22,402 nt of DNA from Bdellovibrionota bacterium. Its GTDB lineage: Bacteria; Bdellovibrionota_C; UBA2361; JBGSMV01. Both the position numbers and the translations under genes were made by a program. Below the pieces are notes generated by a model. The model was not told the DNA's origin, did not search any database, and saw nothing but the letters and a program-made list of their open reading frames with translations. The stretch is from contig JBIKWF010000068.1 in NCBI GenBank assembly GCA_044356455.1, forward strand, positions 1-22,402, given 5' to 3'. This document shows, in pieces, positions 1 to 9,637 of this stretch (positions within the stretch are counted from its first letter, which is position 1; each line of letters opens with the position of its first letter).

Positions 1-340
1 AAATCAAGGCTGGTATGATTACGCGCTCCACGCCGAGAATGCCCAGCCCGTAAAGGATCCAGCTTTAGGCAAAGAAATTCTAAATCGCGTCCTTGCCATG
101 CTGATAAATGAAGCAGCGGAGACCGTGCTTCAAAAAGTAGCTTCCGTAGAAGATGTCGACCTCGCGATGACCTCGGGCGTCAACTATCCCAAGGGGCTGC
201 TCCGTTGGTGTGATGAATTGGGAGTGCAGACTATCGTTGATGAGCTTTCAAGGCTGCAAGCTGAGTATCAAGATGAAAGGTATCGTCCTTCTCCACTGCT
301 TAAGCGCATGGCACGGGAGGGAAAGCGCTTTTACGTGTAA
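1..340 (+). CDS. paaH: 3-hydroxyacyl-CoA dehydrogenase (PaaH-like), 3' part only, truncated by the window edge
   Basis: Frame is open from base 2 (NQGWYDY...RVLAMLINEAA...DVDLAMTSGVNYPKG...RYRPSPLL), which is the C-terminal 3HCDH domain pattern. TAA at 338-340. Lies upstream of paaI/paaJ. Confidence 0.85.
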   Translation, partial: NQGWYDYALHAENAQPVKDPALGKEILNRVLAMLINEAAETVLQKVASVEDVDLAMTSGVNYPKGLLRWCDELGVQTIVDELSRLQAEYQDERYRPSPLLKRMAREGKRFYV

Positions 341-359
341 GGGACAAATTTCCCCTTAG

Positions 360-488
360 GGAATCTTTGAAAAAGCCTACTCTGTGAACTCTGTGCCCTC
401 TGTGGTTGATTTAAATCGTTGAAAAACCACAGAGGACACAGAGATCACAGAGACAGAAAATAGAATATCGAGGTTTTTCAGAGGTTCC
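360..488. mobile_element. MITE-like element family A, copy 1 (129 bp)
   Basis: TIRs GGAATCTTTGAAAAA (360-374) and TTTTTCAGAGGTTCC (474-488) match 13/15. TTAG on both sides (356-359, 489-492). Internal 26/28 inverted repeat 380-407/425-452 with GATTTAAATC in the loop. Confidence 0.8.
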
Positions 489-537
489 TTAGTGTTCTTA
501 GTGGTTGTATTTTAAAACAACCACTGAGACCACGAAG
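488..537. repeat. Stand-alone 9-mer-periodic hairpin (CTTAGTG variant), no TIRs
   Basis: CTTAGTGTTCTTAGTGGTTGT (488-508) pairs 18/21 with ACAACCACTGAGACCACGAAG (517-537). AT-only loop. Confidence 0.7.
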
Positions 538-557
538 GGGAGAGAGGGATTTGTCAT

Positions 558-995
558 ATGCCAGACACAAAACTTTCAGACCAGGACCGCGCCCAGCGAA
601 TCGTCGAACGTATGATGAGTCATGACGGGTTTAGCCGCTGGCTTGGAGTGGTGGTTAAGGAAATTGCGCCAGGGCGCGCGGTCATTGAAATGAAAATTCG
701 AGACGAAATGCTTAATGGCTTTGGGACCTGCCACGGCGGAATCCAGTATTCCCTGGCAGATAGTGCTCTTGCCTTTGCCTCAAATGGGCGCGGGCGAAAG
801 TCGGTAGCTCTTGAGAACGTGATTTCTTACCCGGCCCCTGTGGTGACGGGAGACGTGCTCACCGCCCATGCAGAGGAAGTTTCTCTCGGCAACACCATTG
901 GCACGTACGATATTACTGTGTTCAACCAACATAAACGCAAGGTCGCCCTGTTTCGAGGCAGCGTGTACCGATTACGCGAGGAGTGGGACGTATGA
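558..995 (+). CDS. paaI: Hydroxyphenylacetyl-CoA thioesterase (PaaI, hotdog fold)
   Basis: Motifs MMSHDGFSRWLG and MLNGFGTCHGG..YSLADSALAFASN. GAGGG RBS upstream. paa context. Confidence 0.9.
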   Translation: MPDTKLSDQDRAQRIVERMMSHDGFSRWLGVVVKEIAPGRAVIEMKIRDEMLNGFGTCHGGIQYSLADSALAFASNGRGRKSVALENVISYPAPVVTGDVLTAHAEEVSLGNTIGTYDITVFNQHKRKVALFRGSVYRLREEWDV

Positions 996-2200
996 AGGAA
1001 GCATTTATCGTAGACGGGATTAGAACCCCGATAGGAAGCTTTGGCGGAAGTCTGAGTTCGATTCGATCTGACGACCTCGCTGCCCACGTCATTCGGGGCC
1101 TCCTTGAGCGCAGCCCTAAAATCAACCCCGCAGAAATCGAAGAAGTCCTTCTGGGCTGTGCCAATCAGGCCGGAGAAGACAATCGCAATGTTGCGCGCAT
1201 GGCGCTTCTTCTCGCGGGCCTCCCCGAGACCGTGGCAGGTCAGACCGTGAACCGCCTTTGCGCTTCAGGTCTTAGCGCGGTAGTGGACGCGGCCCGTGCA
1301 CTTCGCCTTGGCGAGGGAGAGCTCTACATCGCCGGCGGCGTTGAAAGCATGACGCGAGCCCCGTATGTGCTTTCAAAATCAGAAACTCCTTTTTCGCGCT
1401 CCATGGAGCTTTTTGATACGAGCATTGGATGGCGCTTTGTGAACCCTAAAATGAAGGAGCACTACGGCACGGATTCCATGGGTGAAACGGCCGAAAATGT
1501 GGCCGCTCAGTATCACATATCGCGAGAGGACCAAGATAGGTTCGCCGTGTGGTCACAAGCGAAAGCTCTTGCGGCTCGTGAGAAGGGGAGATTCGAGTCA
1601 GAGATTCTCCCGGTTGAAATTCCTCAAGGAAAGAATCAGCCTCCCAAGCATTTCTCCGAGGATGAATATATTAGACCTGGCACTACCTTTGAGACGCTGA
1701 GCAAACTTCGGCCAGCCTTTAAGAAAGATGGCTCAGTGACCGCAGGAAACTCCTCGGGAATTAACGATGGTGCCTGCGCCTTGTTACTTGCCTCAGAGGA
1801 TGCAGTGAAGAAGTTTAACCTTCGGCCTCGCGCGAAGATTCGCTCTTCCGCAGTTGTGGGCGTGGCCCCAAGAGTCATGGGTATAGGGCCGGTAGAAGCA
1901 ACGAAAAAGGCGCTTTCGCGTGCAGGGCTTACTCTTGCCCAGATTGAGATAATTGAGCTCAACGAAGCCTTTGCTGCTCAGAGCCTGGCTTGTGTGCGCG
2001 AACTTGGGCTTAAGGATGCCGATCCTCGAATTAATCCCAATGGCGGCGCCATTGCGCTTGGCCATCCCTTAGGCATGTCAGGGGCTCGGCTTGTTCTTTC
2101 GGCCTTGCACGAGCTCGAAGAGAGGCGCTTAACGTATGCACTTTGCACCATGTGTGTCGGGGTCGGGCAGGGCGCAGCGGCAATTATTGAGAGAGTATAG
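992..2200 (+). CDS. paaJ: 3-oxoadipyl-CoA thiolase (PaaJ/PcaF)
   Basis: Motifs GCANQAGEDNRNVARM, NRLCASG (catalytic Cys), NEAFA, GGAIALGHPLG and CVGVGQG. ATG 992 overlaps the paaI stop (ATGA), with GAGGAG RBS. Confidence 0.93.
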   Translation: MKEAFIVDGIRTPIGSFGGSLSSIRSDDLAAHVIRGLLERSPKINPAEIEEVLLGCANQAGEDNRNVARMALLLAGLPETVAGQTVNRLCASGLSAVVDAARALRLGEGELYIAGGVESMTRAPYVLSKSETPFSRSMELFDTSIGWRFVNPKMKEHYGTDSMGETAENVAAQYHISREDQDRFAVWSQAKALAAREKGRFESEILPVEIPQGKNQPPKHFSEDEYIRPGTTFETLSKLRPAFKKDGSVTAGNSSGINDGACALLLASEDAVKKFNLRPRAKIRSSAVVGVAPRVMGIGPVEATKKALSRAGLTLAQIEIIELNEAFAAQSLACVRELGLKDADPRINPNGGAIALGHPLGMSGARLVLSALHELEERRLTYALCTMCVGVGQGAAAIIERV

Positions 2201-2213
2201 CTAAGGCCGGCCA

Positions 2214-2825
2214 ATGGCGAACATATTTGAATTCGATGGCGTTAGGCCGGTAATCCATGAGAGCGCCTTTGTTCATCCGAACGCGACGGTTACCGGAAAT
2301 GTAGTGATTGGCCGCAAGGTCTACATTGGACCGGGCGCAGCAATTCGAGGCGATTTTGGCGCCATTGTGATTGAGGATGGCAGCAACGTCCAAGAAAATT
2401 GCACGATTCATATGTTCCCCGGGGTCACGGTTTACTTGAGAGAATCTTCTCATATTGGACATGGCGCAGTGATTCATGGCGCTTGTATTGGGCGGAACAC
2501 TCTCATCGGCATGAATGCGGTGGTAATGGATAATGTAGAAGTGGGAGCAGAGTGCGTCGTGGGGGCGCTTAGCTTTGTTCCCGCGGATATGAAAATCCCC
2601 GACCGAAAGGTAGTGGTTGGAAATCCCGCCAAAATTATCAAAGATGTCACTGATGAAATGGTGAGCTGGAAAACGGAGGGAACGGCTCTCTATCAGAGAC
2701 TCCCTCTCCAGTGCGCGCAGACCTTAAAGCCCTGTGAACCATTGCGTGACCCCGCAGAGCAATCGAAAACGATGCCTGTAGGATATCAGCCGTGGTTTCT
2801 AAAAAAGGAAAATCGCAATGGATGA
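2214..2825 (+). CDS. paaY: PaaY/CaiE-like hexapeptide-repeat (gamma-carbonic anhydrase family) protein
   Basis: Left-handed beta-helix hexapeptides. Motifs RGDFG, NVQENCTIH, HIGHGAVIHG and WKTEGT..YQ.L. paa context. Confidence 0.85.
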   Translation: MANIFEFDGVRPVIHESAFVHPNATVTGNVVIGRKVYIGPGAAIRGDFGAIVIEDGSNVQENCTIHMFPGVTVYLRESSHIGHGAVIHGACIGRNTLIGMNAVVMDNVEVGAECVVGALSFVPADMKIPDRKVVVGNPAKIIKDVTDEMVSWKTEGTALYQRLPLQCAQTLKPCEPLRDPAEQSKTMPVGYQPWFLKKENRNG

Positions 2826-3234
2826 AAGGGAAATTGCCCGCTCGGCGAAAGTTATTGCAGTGGTTGGAATTTCAAATAAACCCGATCGCTCAAGTTTTGG
2901 AGTCGCGGAATATTTGGCAAAGCACGCAGAGATTCTTCCCGTCAACCCCAACCTCAAAGAGTGGCAGGGCCGTCCTTGTTACGGCTCTCTCGCCGAAATC
3001 CCCCAGCAAGAGGTAATTGATATCGTAGATATCTTTCGGCGCTCTGAAGACGTCATGCCCGTGGTCGAAGAGGCGATAGCGCGTGGGAATGTGAAGTGTA
3101 TATGGATGCAGCAGGGGATTGTGAATGAAGCTGCGGCAGAGAAAGCTCGTGCGGCGGGGATGGAGGTGGTGATGGACGCCTGTCTCGCCGTCGTCCATTC
3201 CACCGCGATGCATGGGAAGTCATTCCATAGCTAG
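2818..3234 (+). CDS. CoA-binding protein (YccU-like)
   Basis: Motifs IAVVGISNKPDRSS, PVNP, IDIVDIFR and WMQQG...MDAC. Overlaps the paaY end. Confidence 0.9.
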   Translation: MDEREIARSAKVIAVVGISNKPDRSSFGVAEYLAKHAEILPVNPNLKEWQGRPCYGSLAEIPQQEVIDIVDIFRRSEDVMPVVEEAIARGNVKCIWMQQGIVNEAAAEKARAAGMEVVMDACLAVVHSTAMHGKSFHS

Positions 3235-3327
3235 AACCTCTGAAAAACTTTCATTCTTAAGACACCTCTGTGTACCTCTGTGGTGAAATTCTTCATGAAG
3301 ATTTCACCACAGAGACTCAGAGGTTCC
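3234..3327. mobile_element. MITE-like element family A, copy 2 (short, eroded TIRs)
   Basis: CTAG-AACCTCTGAAAAA at 3231-3247 and TCAGAGGTTCC-CTAG at 3317-3331. Perfect 14-bp stem 3276-3289/3301-3314 around the palindrome CTTCATGAAG. Confidence 0.75.
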
Positions 3328-3447
3328 CTAGATAAAGGAGCGTGAAGTTCACGTGAGTAAGGCGTACTTTGTTACACAAGTAAATTCGTAAAGAAGAAAT
3401 GAAAGGGGAGGTTTAAGGAGGGACTGATTCCGAATCTCTTATGAATT

Positions 3448-5568
3448 CTATAATCCATCTAACACGAGGTACTGTTCCCGCATTTTGAGCTGAAAGGGGG
3501 TTTGTCCCCAGGTAAGTCCTTGGTTGGTTCCATGAAGCTGGGGGAACCTTCCCATGCCATCGGAGGGATCGGTATCCTGAATACAGTGCCCTGGCATGCT
3601 CGAGTCGGGGCCAAAGGTGATGCCGTACTGTGACATGTCGAGCTCGCATTTTGCAGGGATACCTGGGCTCTGTATTCCGGTGCAAATCTGACTATTTGCG
3701 GTAGTGCATGGCTGGCCTGCGTTGTCTCCCCCAAGACAAACGCCACGGCCCGGTGCACAGCTGTCTCCTTGGGTCCATGCCCCCACCTGCAGGAAGCGTT
3801 TCACGTACTGCATGAATGCGGGGGGTTGCCAGGTCTGCTTGAGTGCAGGCATGAGTTCAAGGCCGGTAAACGTCGCCTGCCATTGTCCCGAGGTGCAGCA
3901 GCTTTGGTAATAGGCGCCTGGGATTCGGCCTCCATCAATCGATCCCCCGGGAGCACCAGAAGTCGTTGCGGGATATGGGTCGCGGCACACATTATGCGCA
4001 GTTGGTGAATTGATAGACTGCCAATAATTAAGCTCTGTGCACCCCCAAGGATTTGCTTCCCCATAGAGGGCCATGCCAGTAACGGGGCTAATGTACGTGG
4101 CATCTGTTTCTCCAAATTTCCAGCTCGGCGCATTCGCTAGTGCGTCCATAATGTCCTGCCGCTGGAGCAGGGTACCCGCGAACGCAATCGGTGCAGCACG
4201 GCCGTGCCCATGCCCGCCTGCGGCGTTCCACCCATGACCATCTTCAAGCATGGCGAATAGATCGAGGCCATAGTTAAGAAAGTGGACCATAAGCAGCTTT
4301 TTATCCTCGATGGCGTCATTCAGGAAAAGCCTGAGTATGATCTCCATGTTTCGAGTGGAGATGTCTGCTCCGTACCACGGAGAGGGTTTCGCGCGAGCAC
4401 GAGCATCATGGGCAAAGCAGTGGTCAGTATTTACAGGGGCAATCTGCGCAATCAACGACTGAAACGTTGGTGCCGCTACACTGGAGGGTGGGGGTAGCGA
4501 GGGAAGAAGCTCCCAGTGAATGTCGTTGATGGAAACGAGAGACTTGTCTCCCTTGACATAGGGGGGGCGAAAGTAAATTGCCCCACGTTGCGTGGGAACC
4601 GTGTCAAGGACCGTAAGCACTGCTGCGCTTGAGAGGCATTGGTTGTTCACCGGGTATGAGCAATCGAACGAGGTGTCCGAGATGGCCTTGATAATCGAAT
4701 CCCCCGCCTTCGCACTATAGGGAAGTGCTGGCATCAAGTTTTGGTTATAGATATTGGCCCGATAGTCAAAAGCCTGCTGACCTGGGTGCAGCGATCGACT
4801 GGGATTCACCTCCCACCCGTTGAACCAGCCATATGAAGGGCCGCTCTGAACGGCAGGAAGGATCTCGATAACCTGTACGGTTCCTCCCGGCGCATCTGGG
4901 GCAACCCAATAGTCGCCGTTGGCGAAGGTTCCCGTGCGATAGGGTCTATCAAACACAAAAGTGATGCCCCACTGCGATACTTCCTTTTGTTTTGGATCGC
5001 CCTCACTGCCCTCGGAGGTATCATTCGCGGCACTACATCCTGGATCGCCCGCAATATCAACTAATCCATCAGAGTCATTATCTATACTATCGCTACACTC
5101 TGAAACGATAGGAACACTTTCCTCTGGCGGCGTAGGGGAAGGAGGCGGCGGAGGCGGGGGAGGCGGGGGAAGCGGAGCGGGATCTTCAGGCGGAGCCTGA
5201 AGCTGGCCCCGCAGTTTCATGCAGGCACGTTCAAATTTTCTGAACTGCCTTTTGCTCGGTCTCCTCTTGGGTGCAAGAGACCTGAGGTTCCTCCACACCG
5301 TCTCGCCATTCTTTGTCTGCAAAAGTCCTGGTACCGAGGTAGTGCCATTAGAGTTTACGATGAACAGACAAAAGATTTTTTTCCCCCGGAATTTGTGCTT
5401 GCTCTCAATGGTGGGAAGTGGAGTTGATTTAAGATTGACCTGCTTCGGGGTTTGCTCAGTGTTGGTAGTGTCAGTCCAGGCTCGTGCCGGAATAAATAAG
5501 AGAAGAGAGAAAATGAATGCTAGCCGAAGCGGCAGACAGGGCCACTCAGGATCCACGAGTCTCCTCAT
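3448..5568 (-). CDS. Secreted modular hypothetical protein (signal peptide, basic domain, poly-Pro linker, Cys/Asp-rich motif, large uncharacterised domain)
   Basis: Long ORF; the start is either 5622 or 5568. Hydrophobic LAFIFSLLLFIPARA followed by WTD fits a signal peptide. Contains a P-rich linker, the motif CSDSIDNDSDGLVD..DPGC and many Cys. Confidence 0.8.
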   Translation of the reverse strand: MRRLVDPEWPCLPLRLAFIFSLLLFIPARAWTDTTNTEQTPKQVNLKSTPLPTIESKHKFRGKKIFCLFIVNSNGTTSVPGLLQTKNGETVWRNLRSLAPKRRPSKRQFRKFERACMKLRGQLQAPPEDPAPLPPPPPPPPPPSPTPPEESVPIVSECSDSIDNDSDGLVDIAGDPGCSAANDTSEGSEGDPKQKEVSQWGITFVFDRPYRTGTFANGDYWVAPDAPGGTVQVIEILPAVQSGPSYGWFNGWEVNPSRSLHPGQQAFDYRANIYNQNLMPALPYSAKAGDSIIKAISDTSFDCSYPVNNQCLSSAAVLTVLDTVPTQRGAIYFRPPYVKGDKSLVSINDIHWELLPSLPPPSSVAAPTFQSLIAQIAPVNTDHCFAHDARARAKPSPWYGADISTRNMEIILRLFLNDAIEDKKLLMVHFLNYGLDLFAMLEDGHGWNAAGGHGHGRAAPIAFAGTLLQRQDIMDALANAPSWKFGETDATYISPVTGMALYGEANPWGCTELNYWQSINSPTAHNVCRDPYPATTSGAPGGSIDGGRIPGAYYQSCCTSGQWQATFTGLELMPALKQTWQPPAFMQYVKRFLQVGAWTQGDSCAPGRGVCLGGDNAGQPCTTANSQICTGIQSPGIPAKCELDMSQYGITFGPDSSMPGHCIQDTDPSDGMGRFPQLHGTNQGLTWGQTPFQLKMREQYLVLDGL

Positions 5569-5666
5569 GCCCTTAGAAGACCTGAGAAATTCTCGTACTC
5601 GAAATACCCTGTACAACTGCATAACAGACCACCGCGCAACGACTTTTTAGGCCTCCCTACAAGGGT

Positions 5667-5683
5667 TGCAACTGGCATGCCAA
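5667..5683 (-). promoter_or_regulatory. Sigma-54 (-24/-12) promoter candidate
   Basis: Minus strand reads TTGGCATGCCAGTTGCA, matching YTGGCAC-N5-TTGCW with exact spacing and one mismatch. Directly upstream of the secreted-protein gene. Confidence 0.7.
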
Positions 5684-5988
5684 TAAATGTGCTTTCGACA
5701 CAGTCTTTGGTGACTGCTTCTTGGTTCCCTGTTTTAGGTCTGTAAGAGTTCAGTAACTCCAGGCAGGACAATTGGTTAGTGAGGCGAGGTTTCTGTAGGG
5801 CAGGTCTTTGCGGCATCCTCAAGCTCGCCTGAGCGCTAGGAAGTTCAGGTTGGAGACCCCCGCGACATTTTGCGTAGCAAGAACCCGTGGTCCAAGGATG
5901 TTTTAAAATCTTTGCCTTGGAATCTCTAAAGGTCTCTAGAATATAGCGATTGTATTGCACGGAGGGACGGATCTGAGTTCCCGTAGTT

Positions 5989-6396
5989 CTACAGGGGAGG
6001 AACGTGCGCCTCTGATGCGTGATGCTCCTTTTTCTTTACAAGCTGCGCCACGTAACCAAGCAGCTCCTTAGGATCTATGGGCTTTGGTAGAAATCTATCC
6101 ACGCCATTTTTGAGCAAATCAGTTATCTCGCTCAGTTTAATAATTCCAGAGACAAGAATGACGGGTATCTTAGAGAGCGCCTCATTCTTTCTGATATGCC
6201 CAACAAGTGCTCTGCCGCTCATGTCAGGCATTTCGTAGTCAGTAATAAGAAGGTCAAAGCTTGGATTCTCTTCGAGTATGCGCAGCGCAAACTCTGCACA
6301 CGAACAGCATACGACAGAAGCGCCGGTTCGCTCCACGATAGATGCGAGAATCTGTCGTGCAATTACTTCGTCATCAACAATCAGAACCTTTGTCAT
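5989..6396 (-). CDS. Single-domain response regulator (CheY-like receiver)
   Basis: Motifs VLIVDDE, LLITDYEMPDMSG and FLPKP. ATG at 6396 with GGAGG RBS. Follows cheB. Confidence 0.88.
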   Translation of the reverse strand: MTKVLIVDDEVIARQILASIVERTGASVVCCSCAEFALRILEENPSFDLLITDYEMPDMSGRALVGHIRKNEALSKIPVILVSGIIKLSEITDLLKNGVDRFLPKPIDPKELLGYVAQLVKKKEHHASEAHVPPL

Positions 6397-6418
6397 AACT
6401 ATTCCTCCATGTGCACTA

Positions 6419-7933
<1,515 letters not shown>

Positions 7934-7941
<8 letters not shown>

Positions 7942-8326
7942 GGCTTGGAATCTCCCCCAATACTGCTTCTATTGTTTCGGCGAGCTGTTCAGGGCTTACG
8001 GGTTTGCGCAGATAATGCCGTATGCCGGCCGCCTTGAGTTCATCAATTCGGTCCTGAGCTCCTTCGGTGGATACAATGACTACTGGAAGATTTTTGTAGT
8101 CGTCTGAGGCGCGTATAGTCCGAACAAACTCAATGCCGTTCATGACTGGCATATTGATGTCGAGGAACACGACATCAATCCAGCCTTCTTTGAGTTTATC
8201 GAGCGCGATACGGCCGTTCTCTGCTTCGACCATTGTTCCGACGGGAACTCCCGCGAGCGCAAAGGTCTTCTTCAGAACCTTTCTTACGACGCTCGAATCA
8301 TCGACGAGCAAAACGTTATAGCTCAT
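7934..8326 (-). CDS. cheY: Chemotaxis response regulator CheY
   Basis: Motifs VLLVDDS, FLDINMPVMNG, VSTEG and RKP. GAGGAG RBS. Confidence 0.88.
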
Positions 8327-8342
8327 AGTTCATCTCCTCGGC

Positions 8343-8822
8343 CTAAAGCTCAATTACCTGCCCTTTGCATTTAAGAAGTGTGCGGCCAGTCGCGATTTCA
8401 AGTGAAAGTGTGCGACTGACTGATTCTCCAAGATGTTCAGCTTTCATCAGAAGGTTGTTTTTCCACAAAATCTTGCGCAGCACCGTGATGTTCTTTTTCC
8501 CAATTTCGAACAAATTGTTTTCGTCGTTAATATTCGCTCCGCCAGCTGCGACGATGGTCAGTCTTTCAAGGTGGGCTCCTGCGGTTGCAAGCTCTTCAAG
8601 CATCTTCACAATTCCGGTGTCCACATACATGAAGGGATTCTTCTTGGCTTTTTCAGGATCTGATTTTGACATGGGGAGGAGGCAGTGAATCATCGCGCCT
8701 ACGTGAGATTCTCGGTCGTACATTGCAACACCAACGCACGAGCCAAGATTGGTGGCAAGCAGCAGGTCACCTTCGTTGCGACTGAGCTTCATCTCAGCGA
8801 TTCCGACAAATTGCTGTGTCAT
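8343..8822 (-). CDS. cheD: Chemoreceptor glutamine deamidase CheD
   Basis: Motifs LGSCVGV, HCLLP, Y.DTG and IGKKN. Confidence 0.93.
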   Translation of the reverse strand: MTQQFVGIAEMKLSRNEGDLLLATNLGSCVGVAMYDRESHVGAMIHCLLPMSKSDPEKAKKNPFMYVDTGIVKMLEELATAGAHLERLTIVAAGGANINDENNLFEIGKKNITVLRKILWKNNLLMKAEHLGESVSRTLSLEIATGRTLLKCKGQVIEL

Positions 8823-9628
8823 TGCCTCCCCTCCTTAGTAAACACCGAAGTGTCGAGTTTCTTCAGGCTATGATTGATGCCAAGCAGACTTTCGGAGAGG
8901 CTAATAAAGAGATGACCAGGTGCGGCGAGTAAACGTTCAAATTCCGCGATTATTTTAGCGCGCGTTTGGACATCGAAATAAATCATCACGTTTCTGCAGA
9001 AGATTATATCGATCTCACCGGTAAGTGGATAAGGGAACTCGACGAGATTTAGCTTCTTAAAGAGAATCTTTGACCGAACTTCCGGCTTTACAATCCAAGA
9101 GCCGCTTGAATCGTTCATCGGCAGCAAGAACCGGTCGAGGATCGGGGGCGGGATACCTTTCACACTCTGCGCGCCATAGACGCCCGCGTGAGCTTTCGTG
9201 AGAACCTTCGTATTAATGTCGGTGGCCAGAATCTTCACTTCTGCCTGAGAGAGGTCAATGCTCTGAGCAATTTGGAAGGCGATGGTGTAGGGCTCTTCCC
9301 CGGAGGAGGCCGCGGCGCACCAGACTTTAAAAGAGCGCTTACCCTGCGCCCACCATTCTTTGAGGATATGATCGAGGACTTTAAAGTGTTGAGACTCCCG
9401 GTAGAAATGAGTGGTATTCGTTGAAACTGCCTCGATGAGCTTCCATAACTCCGCGCCCGATTCATCAAGCTCAACGATCTTGAGATACTCTCCCTCGCTC
9501 TCTAGTCCGAGCGCTTTGAGTCTTTTTTGTAGCCGGTTCGCAAGCAAGGGCAACTTCTCTTCAGTCAGAACAATGCCACTGTGGCTATAAACGATTTCTT
9601 TAAATCTTGCGAAAGTTCTCGGTTCCAT
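8819..9628 (-). CDS. cheR: Chemotaxis methyltransferase CheR
   Basis: Motifs TNTTHFYRE, WCAAASSGEEPYT, ATDI and IFCRNVMIYF. Confidence 0.95.
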   Translation of the reverse strand: MEPRTFARFKEIVYSHSGIVLTEEKLPLLANRLQKRLKALGLESEGEYLKIVELDESGAELWKLIEAVSTNTTHFYRESQHFKVLDHILKEWWAQGKRSFKVWCAAASSGEEPYTIAFQIAQSIDLSQAEVKILATDINTKVLTKAHAGVYGAQSVKGIPPPILDRFLLPMNDSSGSWIVKPEVRSKILFKKLNLVEFPYPLTGEIDIIFCRNVMIYFDVQTRAKIIAEFERLLAAPGHLFISLSESLLGINHSLKKLDTSVFTKEGRQ

Positions 9629-9637
9629 GCGGTTCCT

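Noticed and set aside
3332..3447. AAGGAG followed by tiny GTG-started ORFs
   Set aside because: Only 4 or 12 codons long, with no supporting signal.
5125..5200. G-rich GGC/GGA/GGG repeat
   Set aside because: Explained by the poly-proline linker of the minus-strand gene.
5565..5960. 131-aa minus-strand ORF, and a TIR-like GGAATCTCTAAA at 5919-5930
   Set aside because: The ORF runs over the sigma-54 promoter and the next gene's start and has no motif. The TIR-like word has no partner or cassette.
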